Shown here one piece after another: positions 1-11,815 of a DNA stretch of 64,000 nucleotides. A program made the translations under genes and the position numbers. Below the pieces are notes generated by a model, which ran no database searches, was not told the DNA's origin, and saw nothing but the letters and a program-made list of their open reading frames with translations. The first letter of the stretch is position 1. The number at the start of each line of letters is the position of its first letter. Source of the DNA: Malacoraja senta (lineage: Eukaryota); the NCBI GenBank assembly GCA_038087875.1, contig CM075991.1:13518001-13582000 (forward strand). Reading direction: 5' to 3'.

Positions 1-660
1 AATTAATGAACAATAAAGAATACGGAGTGATTTGTAATCCAGAGCTTGCTTGGCTTTGTATAATACAGAGATACTTTTTGACAATTTTAATTTTACATGT
101 TTAATATGTGATTTCCAGCTTATTTTATCGTCAATTATAACCCCAAGAAATTTATTTTCATGCACTATTATGGTTTAATAATAGCAAAAAAACTAATACT
201 TAAATTCTGGAAAAATACACCAATACCAACGCTTAAAATGTGGATTTCAAGTATGTTGGACACCGCACATCTTGAGGAAATGCGATTCCTCCTAATAGAT
301 AAATCAGACCAATTCTTAACGAGTTGGTCTCCATTTGTCGTCTTTTTGGAATCATATGTTGCAACGCAATTGTAGAAATTAACTGTTCCAGGACTGGGTG
401 AGGGATGGTCAAGATTAAAAATAATGATCTCCTTACTTTTCTTTTTTTTATTTCCTACTCTCTTTTTTCTATTTTCTCTTCTTCAATTTTCCTCTTTCAC
501 TCTTTTTTTTTCTTTTTCACACACAATATACCTCATGTTTTTCTATCTTTTACTATCTACTTTCTTTTTCTTGTTTTTTATTATAATTTAAAAATTGGTG
601 CCATATGATTGCACTTACTTCAAATAAAATAAAAATATATTTTTTTAAATTAAAAAAAAG
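1..660 (+). mobile_element. 3' end of an L1-clade LINE (ORF2 C-terminus, pyrimidine-rich 3' UTR, A-rich tail)
   Basis: ORF 160-375 (LIIAKKLILKFWK...P.LKMW...FLTSWSPF) resembles L1 ORF2 C-termini; AATAAA and an A-rich tail follow at about 622-659. Confidence 0.7.
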
Positions 661-1104
661 TTTCCATCATGTCTGCTTGCACCACAGTGTGTTCCAGGCA
701 CCACCATCACTGTTTTAAACATCTTGCTCCACACATTAACTTTCCCCCTTCTAGCCATGCCCTCTAGCCTTTGACATTTGCATCCTGGGGGTTAAGAGGT
801 TCTGACCTTCCACCCTATCCATGTCTTTCATAATTTTATCAACCAGTCGAGTTTTTTCTCAGCGTCTGAAGCTCCAGAGAACCCAGTCCATGCTTGTCCA
901 ACCTCACCTTGTAACCCATGGACAGATGCCATGAGTTGGAATCAGACCAGCTTGTCTTGTGTCTTGCCCCAAAATAATCGGGACTGAAACTCGCAGTAAT
1001 CTCTCCTGATGATGAAGAAATAAAGTAAAGATCCACATTTTGCTGTTGTGACAAACTCCACAAACTAAATGTTGGTTGGCAGATTATGAACTTGGCTATT
1101 CTAG

Positions 1105-1675
1105 ATTGAGTTTAGTTTATTATGATCACGTGTACTGAAGTATATTTTGTTGTGTGCTATCCAGTCAGCGGAAAGACTATACATGATACATAGTGTACTG
1201 ATAAAGGGAATAATGTTTAGTGCAAGGTAATGTCCAATTAAAGATAGTCCATGGGTCACCAATGAGGTAGATGGGAGGTCAGGACCACTCTCTAGTTGGT
1301 GAGAAGACGGTTCAGTTGCCTGATAACAGCCGGGAAGAAACTGTCCCTGAATCTGGAGGTGAGTGTTTTCACACTTCTGTACCTCTTGCCTGATGGGAGA
1401 GGGAGGAAGTGGGAGTGACCAGGGTGAGACTGGTCCTTGATGTGGCTGCTGGCCTTGCCGAGGCAGCGTGAGGTGTAGATGGACTCAGTGGAAGGGAGGT
1501 TGGTTTGTGTGATGGTCTGGGCTGCGTCCACAATTTCTTGTGGTGGAGCTGTTTCCAAACCAAGCTGTGATGCGTCCCAATAAAATGCTTTCTATGGTGC
1601 ATCTGTATAAGTTGGTGAGGGTTGTTGGGGACATGCTGAACTTCCTAAGTCTTCTGAGGAAGTAGAGGCCTTGGA
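1105..1675 (-). mobile_element. Rex1/Babar-type LINE 3' fragment
   Basis: ORF 1292-1558 has HPGHSHFLPLPSGKRYRS...RFRDSFFPAVIRQLN, the same C-terminal motif as the element at 24064-25890. Confidence 0.75.
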
Positions 1676-2599
1676 TAGCTGTCGATTTCCTGTCTCAGTG
1701 GAAATGAAACCAAATATTTCCTGAGATTATTCAGTGCCACCATGTTAAACCCACCCCGCACTGACCAGCTGGACAGGAGCCATGGTTACCTGCTGACCAT
1801 TCACATCTGGTGCTGAGGGTGTGGTCCAATCCGAGGGAGGAAAAATCTCTTCTGTAGCAGGTGTAACGATCAACAACCTGCATTTACATAGCGCCTGAGG
1901 CAGAGCAAAGCATCCCATGGTCCTTGATAGGAATGTATAACACCAGGCATGTGAGATGGCCCAGAGGTTGGTCAAAGTGCCAGCTTTCAGGAGAGTTTAT
2001 AGCGGATGGACTTCTAGAGTGTGCGAAACCGGAACACCTGGAGAAAACCCACGTGGTCACAGAGATTGGCACAGATACAGGATAAAGGAAATAATGTTTT
2101 GAGCACGATAAAGTCCAGTAAAGTAAACAATGTTGCTGTTGGAGTAGAGGTTTAAAAGAGTGGAGCGATTGAATGAATGATTGAAGACCAGCACGCACAG
2201 AGTAGCCTGGCCTAGGTGCTATTGGGAGAGGCAAAGGGCCTGTTCCTGTGTTGTGTTGTTCTGTTTCAAATAGAAGATTGCAACAACTTGCTGAAGATTT
2301 GACTTCCCCTGTCAATACTGGTTCATTCTCCGTCACGCTTCACGTTCTAACAAAAGCCCTACCCAACCGTCTGAATGACTAAAGACAAGTGAAACTATAA
2401 CACCCAGTCCCTGGAGAGAAGGAGCAAATCAATCTTGTGCCTTCAGATAGATATTGGTCCTTAATTTAGTTCAAATTTATAAGCAAGTGTCTATGCGGTC
2501 CGTAAAAGACCATTTCCAAAAGTGAACTTTCTGGTTGTTGGAAGAATATCTCGCAATACAAGTTGTAAGACCATCCCAGAAGGTGAACAGTAGGTAATA

Positions 2600-2872
2600 A
2601 AAAGGAACTGCTGATGCCGTTTTAAACCACAGAAAGACACAAAATGCTGGAGTAACTCAGCAGGTCTGGCAGCATCTGTAGAAAAGGAATGGGTGATGTT
2701 TCGAGCTGGGACCCTTCCTCAGACTGAAGAAATCTGAAGAAAGGTCCTAACTCAAAGTCACCTATCCATGTTCTCCAGAGATGCTGCCTGACCCGCTGAG
2801 TTACTCCAGCACTCTGTGAAACGTCACCTATCCATGTTCTCCAGAGATGCTGCCTGACCCGCTGAGTTACTC
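2600..2872. mobile_element. Penelope-like pseudo-LTR copies in inverted (tail-to-tail) and tandem arrangement
   Basis: TGCTGGAGTAACTCAGCAGG... is followed by its reverse complement GATGCTGCCTGACCCGCTGAGTTACTC twice; degenerate hammerhead-like cores sit at the junction. Confidence 0.7.
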
Positions 2873-4610
2873 GGTGGGGTCGAGCAGGAATATGAATGTG
2901 GAATGCTGGAATAGAAGCAGGAAATGGTTGTTTCACCTCCGTTCATGCTTTCAGTGGGATAAGGCCATGGATATTTGGATCATTGATGCCCAGAGTATTG
3001 CCTCATAGCTGGTCCTCCCACATTCCATGCCACAGACAGATGGGGCATTCAGCCCATTGGCTCCGAATGCCCCAAATTCCCCTGTATCAATGGAGACACA
3101 AGCAACTGCAGATGCTGTTGAGTAAAAGACAAAGTGCTGGAGTAACTCAGCGGGTCTGGCGCGCAGCTTGCTCTGTCTCATCGTGCCCTCCACCCTGGTT
3201 CCTTGGTCATTCACCTACACGGGGTCATGACGCCATCGCCCCACAGGTATCCAGACGGTTGCCGAGGGAACGTACAAATCCACTGCAAGGCACCCAAAGC
3301 AAAGGCAGCAGCTACAAAGGAACACCAATGTTCAGACCAGTCACCCTCAGGATCAACTTCTTCCCCTCTGTTATCAGGCTTCAGCATGGAACTTCCATTA
3401 GCTGGGGTACTGTCCGATTCACCTCGACCCCATTGTAGACATTGGACTTTGTCTCTGGAACTGATGCGCTACAATGCTGAGAACTAAATTCTGCACTCTG
3501 TATCTTCCCTTTGCTCCACCTATTGGATGAGTTTGTCTTGATTGTATTTATGTATTGTACGTCTGATTTGATTGGCCTCGGTTCACGTAACAATAATGAA
3601 CCTGAACCAACCTGACTTTAACTTGGCCTCTGTTCCTTGTGAGCACTGGGTCTGTCACCACAACAGCAGCTCTGAGGGCTAACGGGATCAAGGGATATGG
3701 GGAGAAAGCAGGAACGGGGAACTGGTTTTGGATGATCAGCCATGATCGTATTGAGTGGCGGTGCTGGCTCGAAGGGCTGAATGGCCTCCTCCTGCACCTA
3801 TTGTCTATGTTTCTGTGTTTCTACGACCACACGCACCAGAAGGTAGTCCTGGTGGATCATCTCTCCTCACGGCTTCTCAAGGGCATCGAAGGATGTAACA
3901 CCTGGCCTCACATGATGCCCACAGTCTGTGAAGGAATGGTGGAGATTTAGTGCCTGGTCAAGTTGACTTGTCCAGAGATTGATTATCAGGTAGAGGCCAG
4001 ATGTTATAGACAATAGACAATAGGTGCAGGAGTAGGCCATTTGGCCCTTCGAGCCAGCATCGCCATTCAATGTGATCATGGCTGATCATTCACAATCAGT
4101 ACCCCCTTCCTGCCTTCTCCCCATATCCCCTGACTCCGCTATCTTTAAGAGCCCTATCTTGCTCTTGCTTGAAAGCATCCAGGAATAATAATCCGATTAA
4201 TTATAGCAGGGAAAGGGTGGTTGTTTTTCTTGCGCGGGCTCAAATTGCCTAATTGCATTTCCCGAAGGCTTCGGAGTGAACTTGGACTGACCAAACTGTT
4301 CCCTGACAGCAGAAACAACGTAAAGCCAAGTCAAGTGAGATACAGGAATGATTATTTTGTTACCAAGGAGTGGGCGCCTCGTTGGACGAACGGAGACAGC
4401 GACCGCTCCACTCCTGGGCTCTAGGAGTCGCCGACACAAGCAGGCGGGTGAAGTAGACTGGCATCTTTCACAAGGCATTTGCGGACAGCTTGTCAAATGT
4501 AATTTGCGAAATATATTAGATATAATTTAAATCAGCTATCAGCTGGGCTTTAGACCTCCCGGGATAACAATCCTATAAATACACAAAAATATTGCCCTGG
4601 GAACAACATA

Positions 4611-4627
4611 CACGCGATTCACACGTT
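4611..4627. promoter_or_regulatory. Candidate ChoRE/HRE composite: CACGCG-attca-CACGTT
   Basis: Two E-box-like half-sites separated by exactly 5 nt, inside a unique, CpG-richer segment of intron 1. Confidence 0.3.
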
Positions 4628-4775
4628 GACGGGGATAAACCTGTGACCTGTCCATGAAATAAATCCTTCCCATCGCCCTGCTCGATCCTCAAAGACCAGG
4701 TTCCCGCTGCACCTCCACCCCTAAACCCCTCAGTCAGTCCCAGTCGGTGTCCCTCCTCTCCGGACTCGCGTTCGG

Positions 4776-5348
4776 TTGCCCACACCAGCCAACATGTCCC
4801 AGCTACACTAGTCATAGAGTGATACTGTGTGGAAACAGGCACATCGGCACAACTTGCCCACACCGGCCAACATGTCCCAGCTACACTAGTCATAGAGTGA
4901 TACTGTGTGGAAACAGGCCCTTCAGCCCAACTTGCCCACACCGGCCAACATGTCCCAGCTACACTAGTCATAGAGTGATACTGTGTGGAAACAGGCCCAT
5001 CGGCCCAACTTGCCCACACCGGCCAACATGTCCCAGCTACACTAGTCATAGAGTGATACTGTGTGGAAACAGGCACATCGGCACAACTTGCCCACACCGG
5101 CCAACATGTCCCAGCTACACTAGTCATAGAGTGATACTGTGTGGAAACAGGCCCTTCAGCCCAACTTGCCCACACCGGCCAACATGTCCCAGCTACACTA
5201 GTCATAGAGTGATACTGTGTGGAAACAGGCCCATCGGCCCAACTTGCCCACACCGGCCAACATGTCCCAGCTACACTAGTCATAGAGTGATACTGTGTGG
5301 AAACAGGCCCATCGGCCCAACTTGCCCACACCGGCCAACATGTCCCAG
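4776..5348. repeat. 78-bp minisatellite (~7.3 copies) derived from a CR1 3' UTR
   Basis: Unit GTCATAGAGTGATACTGTGTGGAAACAGGC...CCAGCTACACTA; 26-aa periodicity in the ORF track; single copies of the same sequence are CR1 ends at about 11274-11350 and 42930-43002. Confidence 0.92.
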
Positions 5349-5571
5349 TTGCCTTGGAATAGTTCCTCTCTCACCGTAAACCTGTGCCCTTGGGTTGTGG
5401 GCTCCTCTGGGAGGAAGCCTATGGCCATCCACCATATCCATGCGCCTCATAATTTTAGCTCGATAACTCAGCCTCCGTCTCCTCATAAATCAAGCCTGCC
5501 AGTTCCCACCAACATCCTTGTGAATCATCTCTGCAGCCTCTCGAGCTGAATCATATGTCGGGTGATTATAG

Positions 5572-5784
5572 GGTTTAAGAAGGAACTGCAGATGCTGGAA
5601 AATCGAAAGTAGACAAAAGTGCTGGAGAAACTCAGCGGGTGCGGCAGCATCTATGGAGCGAAGGAAATAGGCGACGTTTCGGGCCGAAACCCTGAAGGAA
5701 ATAGGCAATGTTTCGGGCCGAAACCCTGGAGGAAATAGGCAATGTTTCGGGCCGAAACCCTAAAGGAAATAGGCAACGTTTCGG
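5572..5784 (-). mobile_element. PLE pseudo-LTR fragment ending in a 34-bp tandem repeat (3.6 copies)
   Basis: AAGGAAATAGGC(G/A)A(C/T)GTTTCGGGCCGAAACCCT units start at 5661, 5695, 5729 and 5763. Confidence 0.8.
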
Positions 5785-6289
5785 AACAAAATGACTTGGC
5801 CTCCACATCCGCCTGTGGCACGAGAAAGGGTTGAGTAGTTTTGGCCATTTGGGAGATTGAAGGTGATCTTGTGGAAACAGCAGGAGTTCACTGACAAAAG
5901 AGTCTAGAACTACAGGCAACAGTCCCAAAATAAAGGTTAAGCCATTTAGGAATCGTGTTCAGTGGGGATGGTGAATCTTTGCAATACTTTATTCTGGAGA
6001 AAGCAGTGACTCAATAGACAATAGACAATAGGTGCCAGGAGCAGGCCATTTGCCCATTCGAGCCAGCACCGCCATTCAATGTGATCATGGCTGATCATCC
6101 CCAATCAGTACCCCGTTCCTGCCTTCTCCCCATATCCCCTGACTCCGCTATTTTTAAGAGCCCTATCTAGCTCTCTCTTGAAAGCATCCAGAGAACCTGC
6201 CTCTACCGCAATTGACTCGGCCATTGATTTTTTTTTTCACAATTAAGATCAATAGCTTTATGTATAAATGGAAGAGAGGACCCGGCGGC

Positions 6290-6588
6290 GCTGGAGATCG
6301 GACGAGGATGGGTCAGTGGTGGGTATCGGAGGTTGGTCGCGGAGGCACCGCCGAGATCGAAGGGGGACCCAGTGTGGGGGGTGGGTGGGCGAGAATGAAG
6401 GGGGACCTGGCCTTGGGAGAAGGGGGGAGGCGCTGAGAACAAAGGGGGACCATTGGGGATTAGATGGAATACTTTGTAACGTTGTCGGCACCCTATATGT
6501 TGCGACTCTTTGCATACTTGTGCAAAACCAAATATCTCACTGTGACATGCCACAAGTGACAATAATGTATCATTCATTCATTCATTCA
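6290..6588 (+). mobile_element. SINE-like non-autonomous retroelement 3' part with (CATT)n tail
   Basis: GC-rich body, then CACTGTGAC...GTGACAATAA and a CATT repeat tail. Confidence 0.5.
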
Positions 6589-7371
6589 GGATTACCCATT
6601 ATCTTGATGAATGATGGGACAGATCTCCTCCTATTTTATATGTTCTAAGTTCCCCCAGCCCAGGGGTCATGTGTCCTGGCCCGTATGCAGAACAAAGTTG
6701 TCCACCCCTGCCCTCGCCCAAGGGGAAACCCATTGTTTCCCCCACTGTATCCATGTTATTGCATCTAATGATTGTTGTCAATCTCTTCTCTATCCCAGCC
6801 TGTTTCACGTCCTTCAATTACATTTAACTGTAACACTTCAATGTAAAGTTCCAACATTAAAACCAGTATAATACAGCCAATCTTGTCTGAGGAAGGGTCC
6901 CAACCTGAAACATCACCTGTCCATTCCCTCTAGGGATGTTACCGGACCCGCTGAGTTCCTCCAGCACTTCGTCTTTTGCCAATTATAAATCGACTATTTA
7001 TATTCCCAGAAACAACCCGTCTCTCGACTATTGTCCTATTTTGAAAATCTTAGTTCTAAATAGAACAAACTATGCTTCTTGAATCTCGGCGCGAAATGGA
7101 ATATTTTAGCGTTGGCATCACCTAACCAGCCTACCTTGCCTGAAGCCTTTCTGAAGTCTCCCCTGTCCTTGTCATGACAAAGTTTTAAATACGTTGATCA
7201 TTTAGGTTATGTCGTGTTCTTGCATATTGTTGAAAGTACTTCACCAACATTGAATTGTGTCTGCTTGCCTGACACAATGGCTTAAATCAACATGAAACAC
7301 AGCATGAACATTTAAATGGTCTAAAACCAAACAAGTACTTGGGGAGAGAAGGTTTTTTTGTTGTGCACCTG

Positions 7372-7495
7372 GTATGTTGAAATTGCAACACTTTATTCTG
7401 AGCAGAAAGTGTTGGTATCACCTAACCAGCTAAAGCTATTGAAGTCCTGCAAATTTACTTCCTGCTCAGAATAAAGTGTTGCAATTTCAACATAC
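7372..7495. repeat. Inverted repeat, 39-bp arms (1 mismatch), 46-nt spacer
   Basis: GTATGTTGAAATTGCAACACTTTATTCTGAGCAGAAAGT (7372-7410) pairs with 7457-7495. Confidence 0.9.
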
Positions 7496-9424
7496 ATTAA
7501 TCCCATTTTATTCTCTGCAGTCCCATCAGTTCCTCCCAGTTCCTCCCAGATCCTACCACTCACCTACCTCACTACGTACAATTTATACTGATTGATTAAC
7601 CTACCAACCTGCGCGCCTTTAGGACATGGCAACAGATAGGAACGCTTGGTGAAAACCCATGCGTACAAACTCCACACAGGTCAGGATTAAACTCGGGTCT
7701 CTGGCGCTGTGAGGTATCGATTCTACTAGTTACACTATTGTTGCTGCACTCTGCTTCCTTAACTATATAATGTTCAGAATGAAGGGCAGAAGCAATTCTG
7801 TTTCTTAGACACTAAATTGCTGCAAATCTCTTCAGAAGAATATTCGTTGCGTCAGTTTTGTCGCAGGCTGGCTTTGTTGTCAGTACACACAAACGTTCTT
7901 TGCTTATGGTTGCAGAGTCATGCAGTACAGAACAGGCCTTTCGGCCCATCATGCCCACGTGTTCACCATGTTTTTCAGGGACCAGCCCAAACTATTCAAT
8001 AAATGAATGAGTATTGACAACGGAATCAATGTATATGGGGAGAAAGCAGGAACAGGGTGCTGATTTTGGTTGAGCAACTATGATCATCTATGGCGGTGCT
8101 GGCTCGAAGGGCCGAATGGCCTGCACCTATTTTCTATGTTTTATGTGCCTTCAGGTGGCTGGGCCACAGGTACTGGAAAATACCTCTTTCTCTGTCTCCC
8201 ATTTTCTGTTTCCTCTCTCTCTCCACCTCTCTCCCTCTCCCTCTTCTATCCATCTTCACCTTTTCCCTCCCCCCCTCTCCGCCTTGTTCCCCCCCCTCCC
8301 CCTCCCCCTCCCCCTCCCCCTCCCCCTCTCTGCTTTTCCCCTTAAAACCTGAAACTTCCCTGCTAACTGGGAGCTCTAAGCATTTCCTTATGTAGCTTAA
8401 AGTCACATTTTCTTTGAGAAGACGTGTGAAATGCTCCAGGAGGTATCACTTCATTAAAGATGCTATATAAACACAGGTTGAAAGAATATCCATTTGCCTC
8501 AGAAAAGATTTGTAAATTGCATGTTTATTCTCCTGCCACTCAGCACCCAAGTCAAGAGGTCACATGCATCTCTTTGTCCCTGACCCGAATGATGCTGAAG
8601 ATTTTTCTACTTTACCTCGTTCGATCACCAGTCCATTTTATTTCCCACACCAGATACTTCACTCATATCAGATTATTACTCAATTGCAAACTAACTGGGA
8701 GATGATTAAAACAAAATGTATTGCTGCACAAGGAAACAAGTGTGGCACAGAGGATCTGTTAACAATGGGGTGATTGATTCGGGAAACAATAACAGGTGCT
8801 GTCCCAGATTTAGGTTACCTCAGAGAGGTATTTTGTCAGTGGATGTCACTGGTGTAGATTAGCTGTGATCCATTCAAAATGTTTTGCTTACTTTCAAACA
8901 TGCTGGTGGAAGGCAGTCTTCTCCTGGCAGTTGATGTGGTTCTTGTACAAAGGAAGCTACTGCGTAGCCTTGCCTGTATGGAATGTCGTTTACAACAGAA
9001 ATTGAGCTCCGTTTATTCCTTCGCTCCATAGATGCTGCCTCTCCCGCTGAGTTTCTCCAGCATTTTTGTCTACCTTTGAGATCCGTTTGATTGGAATGAT
9101 GCACCTGCCATGATTCAGTGGAAGTCCAGGTGTGAATGGAAGCCCAATATGCTGCCACTTATCACATAAGCCATTTTGGTGATTTTTTAACTGGTGAATG
9201 CTGTCTTCAGTATCTGATGTTTTGTATCAGCAGCACATTGCATCAGAACTACTAGTTTTTAGCAACTTTACCATTTCAATATTATTTTAAAATCAGGCCA
9301 GGAGTACTTCCAGAATAGGAGTCAAAATTCTTGCTCAGCCAACATTTAATTAACTGAAATAAAATATTGTCATTTAAATATCTCCCAATCAGAAACATAA
9401 AACATCGCTAGCCCTTGCTGTCTG

Positions 9425-9652
9425 AACATTGAATTCTCCCAATTTTGCTAGCCCTTGCTGTCTCCTCCCCTTCCTCAGCCCTCGGGCTGTCTCCTCCCAT
9501 CCCTCAGCCCTCGGGCTCCTCCTCCGCCTTTTTCCTTTCTTCTCCCCACCCCCCATTAGTCTGAAGAAGGGTTTCGGACCGAAACGTTGCCAATTTCCTT
9601 CGCTCCATAGATGCTGCTGCACCCGCTGAGTTTCTCCAGCATTTTTGTGTAC
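9425..9652 (+). mobile_element. PLE 3' fragment: end of GIY-YIG ORF plus pseudo-LTR with hammerhead motif
   Basis: AACATTGAATTCTCC (NIEFS, cf. NIDFSNFR* at 35964); CTGAAGA 9561-9567, GAAAC-GTT 9581-9588. Confidence 0.8.
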
Positions 9653-11273
9653 CGTCATTCTTCCATCACTTGGAATCATTGAAAGTTCCGACTCAATCAA
9701 TTTCCAACCTGCCGCAACAAACCAATAACCTCTAGAGATACAAGAAACTGCAAATGCGAGAATCTTGAGAAAAACACAGTGCTGGAGTAATTCAGTGGTT
9801 CAGGCAGCATCTGTGGAGGAGGTGACAAATCAGGTCGAGACTCTCGCTCAGACTGACAAACTCTGTTCCATTTACTCAGCAACTTTCATGGTAGTAAAAT
9901 GATTATGACATTCACTAGCTTAAACTAAAATAGACTCAATATCTAGAGAACATGAGTTCAAATCCTATCCTGGGATTTAAATGGAAAAAGGAAGTTTGAC
10001 TGGTGGAGAGAGCTGGGATTTAGGTCAAAACTGGCAGTTTAATTCCTTGTTTGGAAGAAAACTGGTCCTCTTTATTTGATCCGATCTCTTGTCACTGACA
10101 AGATATTGAGGCATTATTTTTAAAGCGGAAACTACAGATATCTAAAATCTATAATTAAATCAGAATATGTTGGAAACACGCACCAGGTCCAATGGCATCT
10201 TTGAAGGGAATGACAAAACGTGTCAATGCTCTGAGGTGGTGCACTTTTGCCTTTACCACTCGCCTGCTGAGATTCTATCCTTCACATTTCACATCCACCC
10301 ATGAGTACAGATATGTGTAAGATATTCAAAGTTTCTTGAGTCACTGTTTTCCTGGCATGTGTAATGCACAATGCCCAATAGAAGGGTCTCGACCCAAAAC
10401 GTCACCCATTCCTTCACTCCAGAGATGCTGCCTGTCCCGCTGAGTTACTCCACCATTTTGTGTCTATCTTCAGTTTAAACCAGCATCTGCAGTTTCTTGC
10501 TACACAAGCTTTTGAACTCTCTGTTTAATAGCGTTAATTCACTCCACCTTACACCTGCCCTGGCTTACATTTCCACTTCATCCCCTTTCTGCTTCAATGA
10601 TATACCTCTTACCTTTTGGGTAACAAAGCTTGCAGATCTTCCCTCTCTAGTCCTTGTCGGAGGCTAGCATCATTCCCCTCAATCCCCATCTCCAAGAACT
10701 CCAAGCCCAGGCTGTTGTTGACTGTTATTCTGTCGCATTAGACATGACCTCTCGCCCCATATTGTGGATTGATGTTACTTGCTCTCATACAGAACTAGTG
10801 GTTCATTCCCACTGACCATTTCCACATGTCCCTTATCCGTGTCTTCCCTTTCCTTTCCACAATTCTCCAACTTCACCTTGGAACTCAACTTTATCTTTCG
10901 AATTCCCTTCACTTCTGCTCTCAGCCCTATTCCCACCCAGAGCGGAAACAGGGGTACCTATGGTCCTCGCATTCCACACCCCATCAGCCTTAATATTCAA
11001 TGGATCATCCCTGGTCATTTCTACCGGTTTCAGAATGCGGATACACAGGGCACATCTTCCCCACCCGCACCGTTCAAGATTCTGCAGAAAAAGTTCTCTC
11101 TAACACCCTGTTTCCCTCTTCCTTCTTCCACACCGCACTCCATTTCAATCACCTTCCCATGTAATTGTATCAGCTGCAATGCCTAGCCATATTCCATTCC
11201 ATTTCCACCATTCCGGGACCCAAGAACCATGCAAGATAAAGCAGCAATTGACTTGTGCTTCTTCCAGTCTAAT

Positions 11274-11815
11274 AGTCATAGAGTGATACAGTGTTGAAAC
11301 AGGCCCTTCGACCCAACTTGCCCACACCGGCCAACATGTCCAGCTACACTGGTCCCACCTGCCAGCATTTGGTCCATATCCCTCTTCTTCTTCTTTCGTG
11401 TGGCGTGCACAGCCTAAAGTTGTTGGATAACTTGTTCTATTTGATCTTCCATTTGTGCACGTCGAGTTGATTGCATTAGTCGAAACAGGGCGGTTGCAAT
11501 CTTCCAACCCGTCCATATCCCTCCACACCTGTCCTATCCATGTACCTGTCTAAGTGTTTCTTAGATGTTGGGATAGTTCCTGCCTCAACTACCTCCTCTG
11601 GCAGCTTGTTCCATACACCCACCACCCTTTGTGTGAAAAAGTTACCTCTCAGATTCCTATTAAATCTTTCCCCCTTCATCTTAAACTTGAATTTGATCCT
11701 TGATTCCCCTACTCTGGGCAAGAGACTCTGCATCTACCCAATCTATTCCTCTCATGATTTTATATACCTCAATAAGATCACCCCTCATCCTCCTGTGCTC
11801 CAAGGAATAGAGTTC
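11274..11815 (-). mobile_element. CR1 LINE 3' fragment
   Basis: ORF 11476-11733 [29 protein letters not shown]1 3' UTR with (TCTATGAC) tail. Confidence 0.88.
11385..11510 (-). mobile_element. 126-bp short retroelement with (GAA)n tail, Vingi/Ingi-like, nested in CR1
   Basis: 13-bp TSD GTCCATATCCCTC at 11372-11384 and 11511-11523; the minus strand ends ...GCACGCCACACGAAAGAAGAAGAAG. Confidence 0.7.

Noticed and set aside
4348..4447. Possible HK2 exon 1 (ATG ATT..., GT at 4448)
   Set aside because: The peptide does not resemble MIASHLLAYFFTEL, and the donor would be phase 1 whereas exon 2 needs phase 0. No convincing exon 1 was found in 1-19975.
4776..5348. Regular repeats resembling a CRISPR array; 210-252 aa ORFs on both strands
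   Set aside because: There are no unique spacers and no cas genes, and the context is eukaryotic. The unit is a CR1 3' UTR, and the ORFs arise from the 78-bp period.
8180..8345. Poly-Pro and (GE)n ORFs
   Set aside because: Low-complexity C-rich tract with no exon signals.
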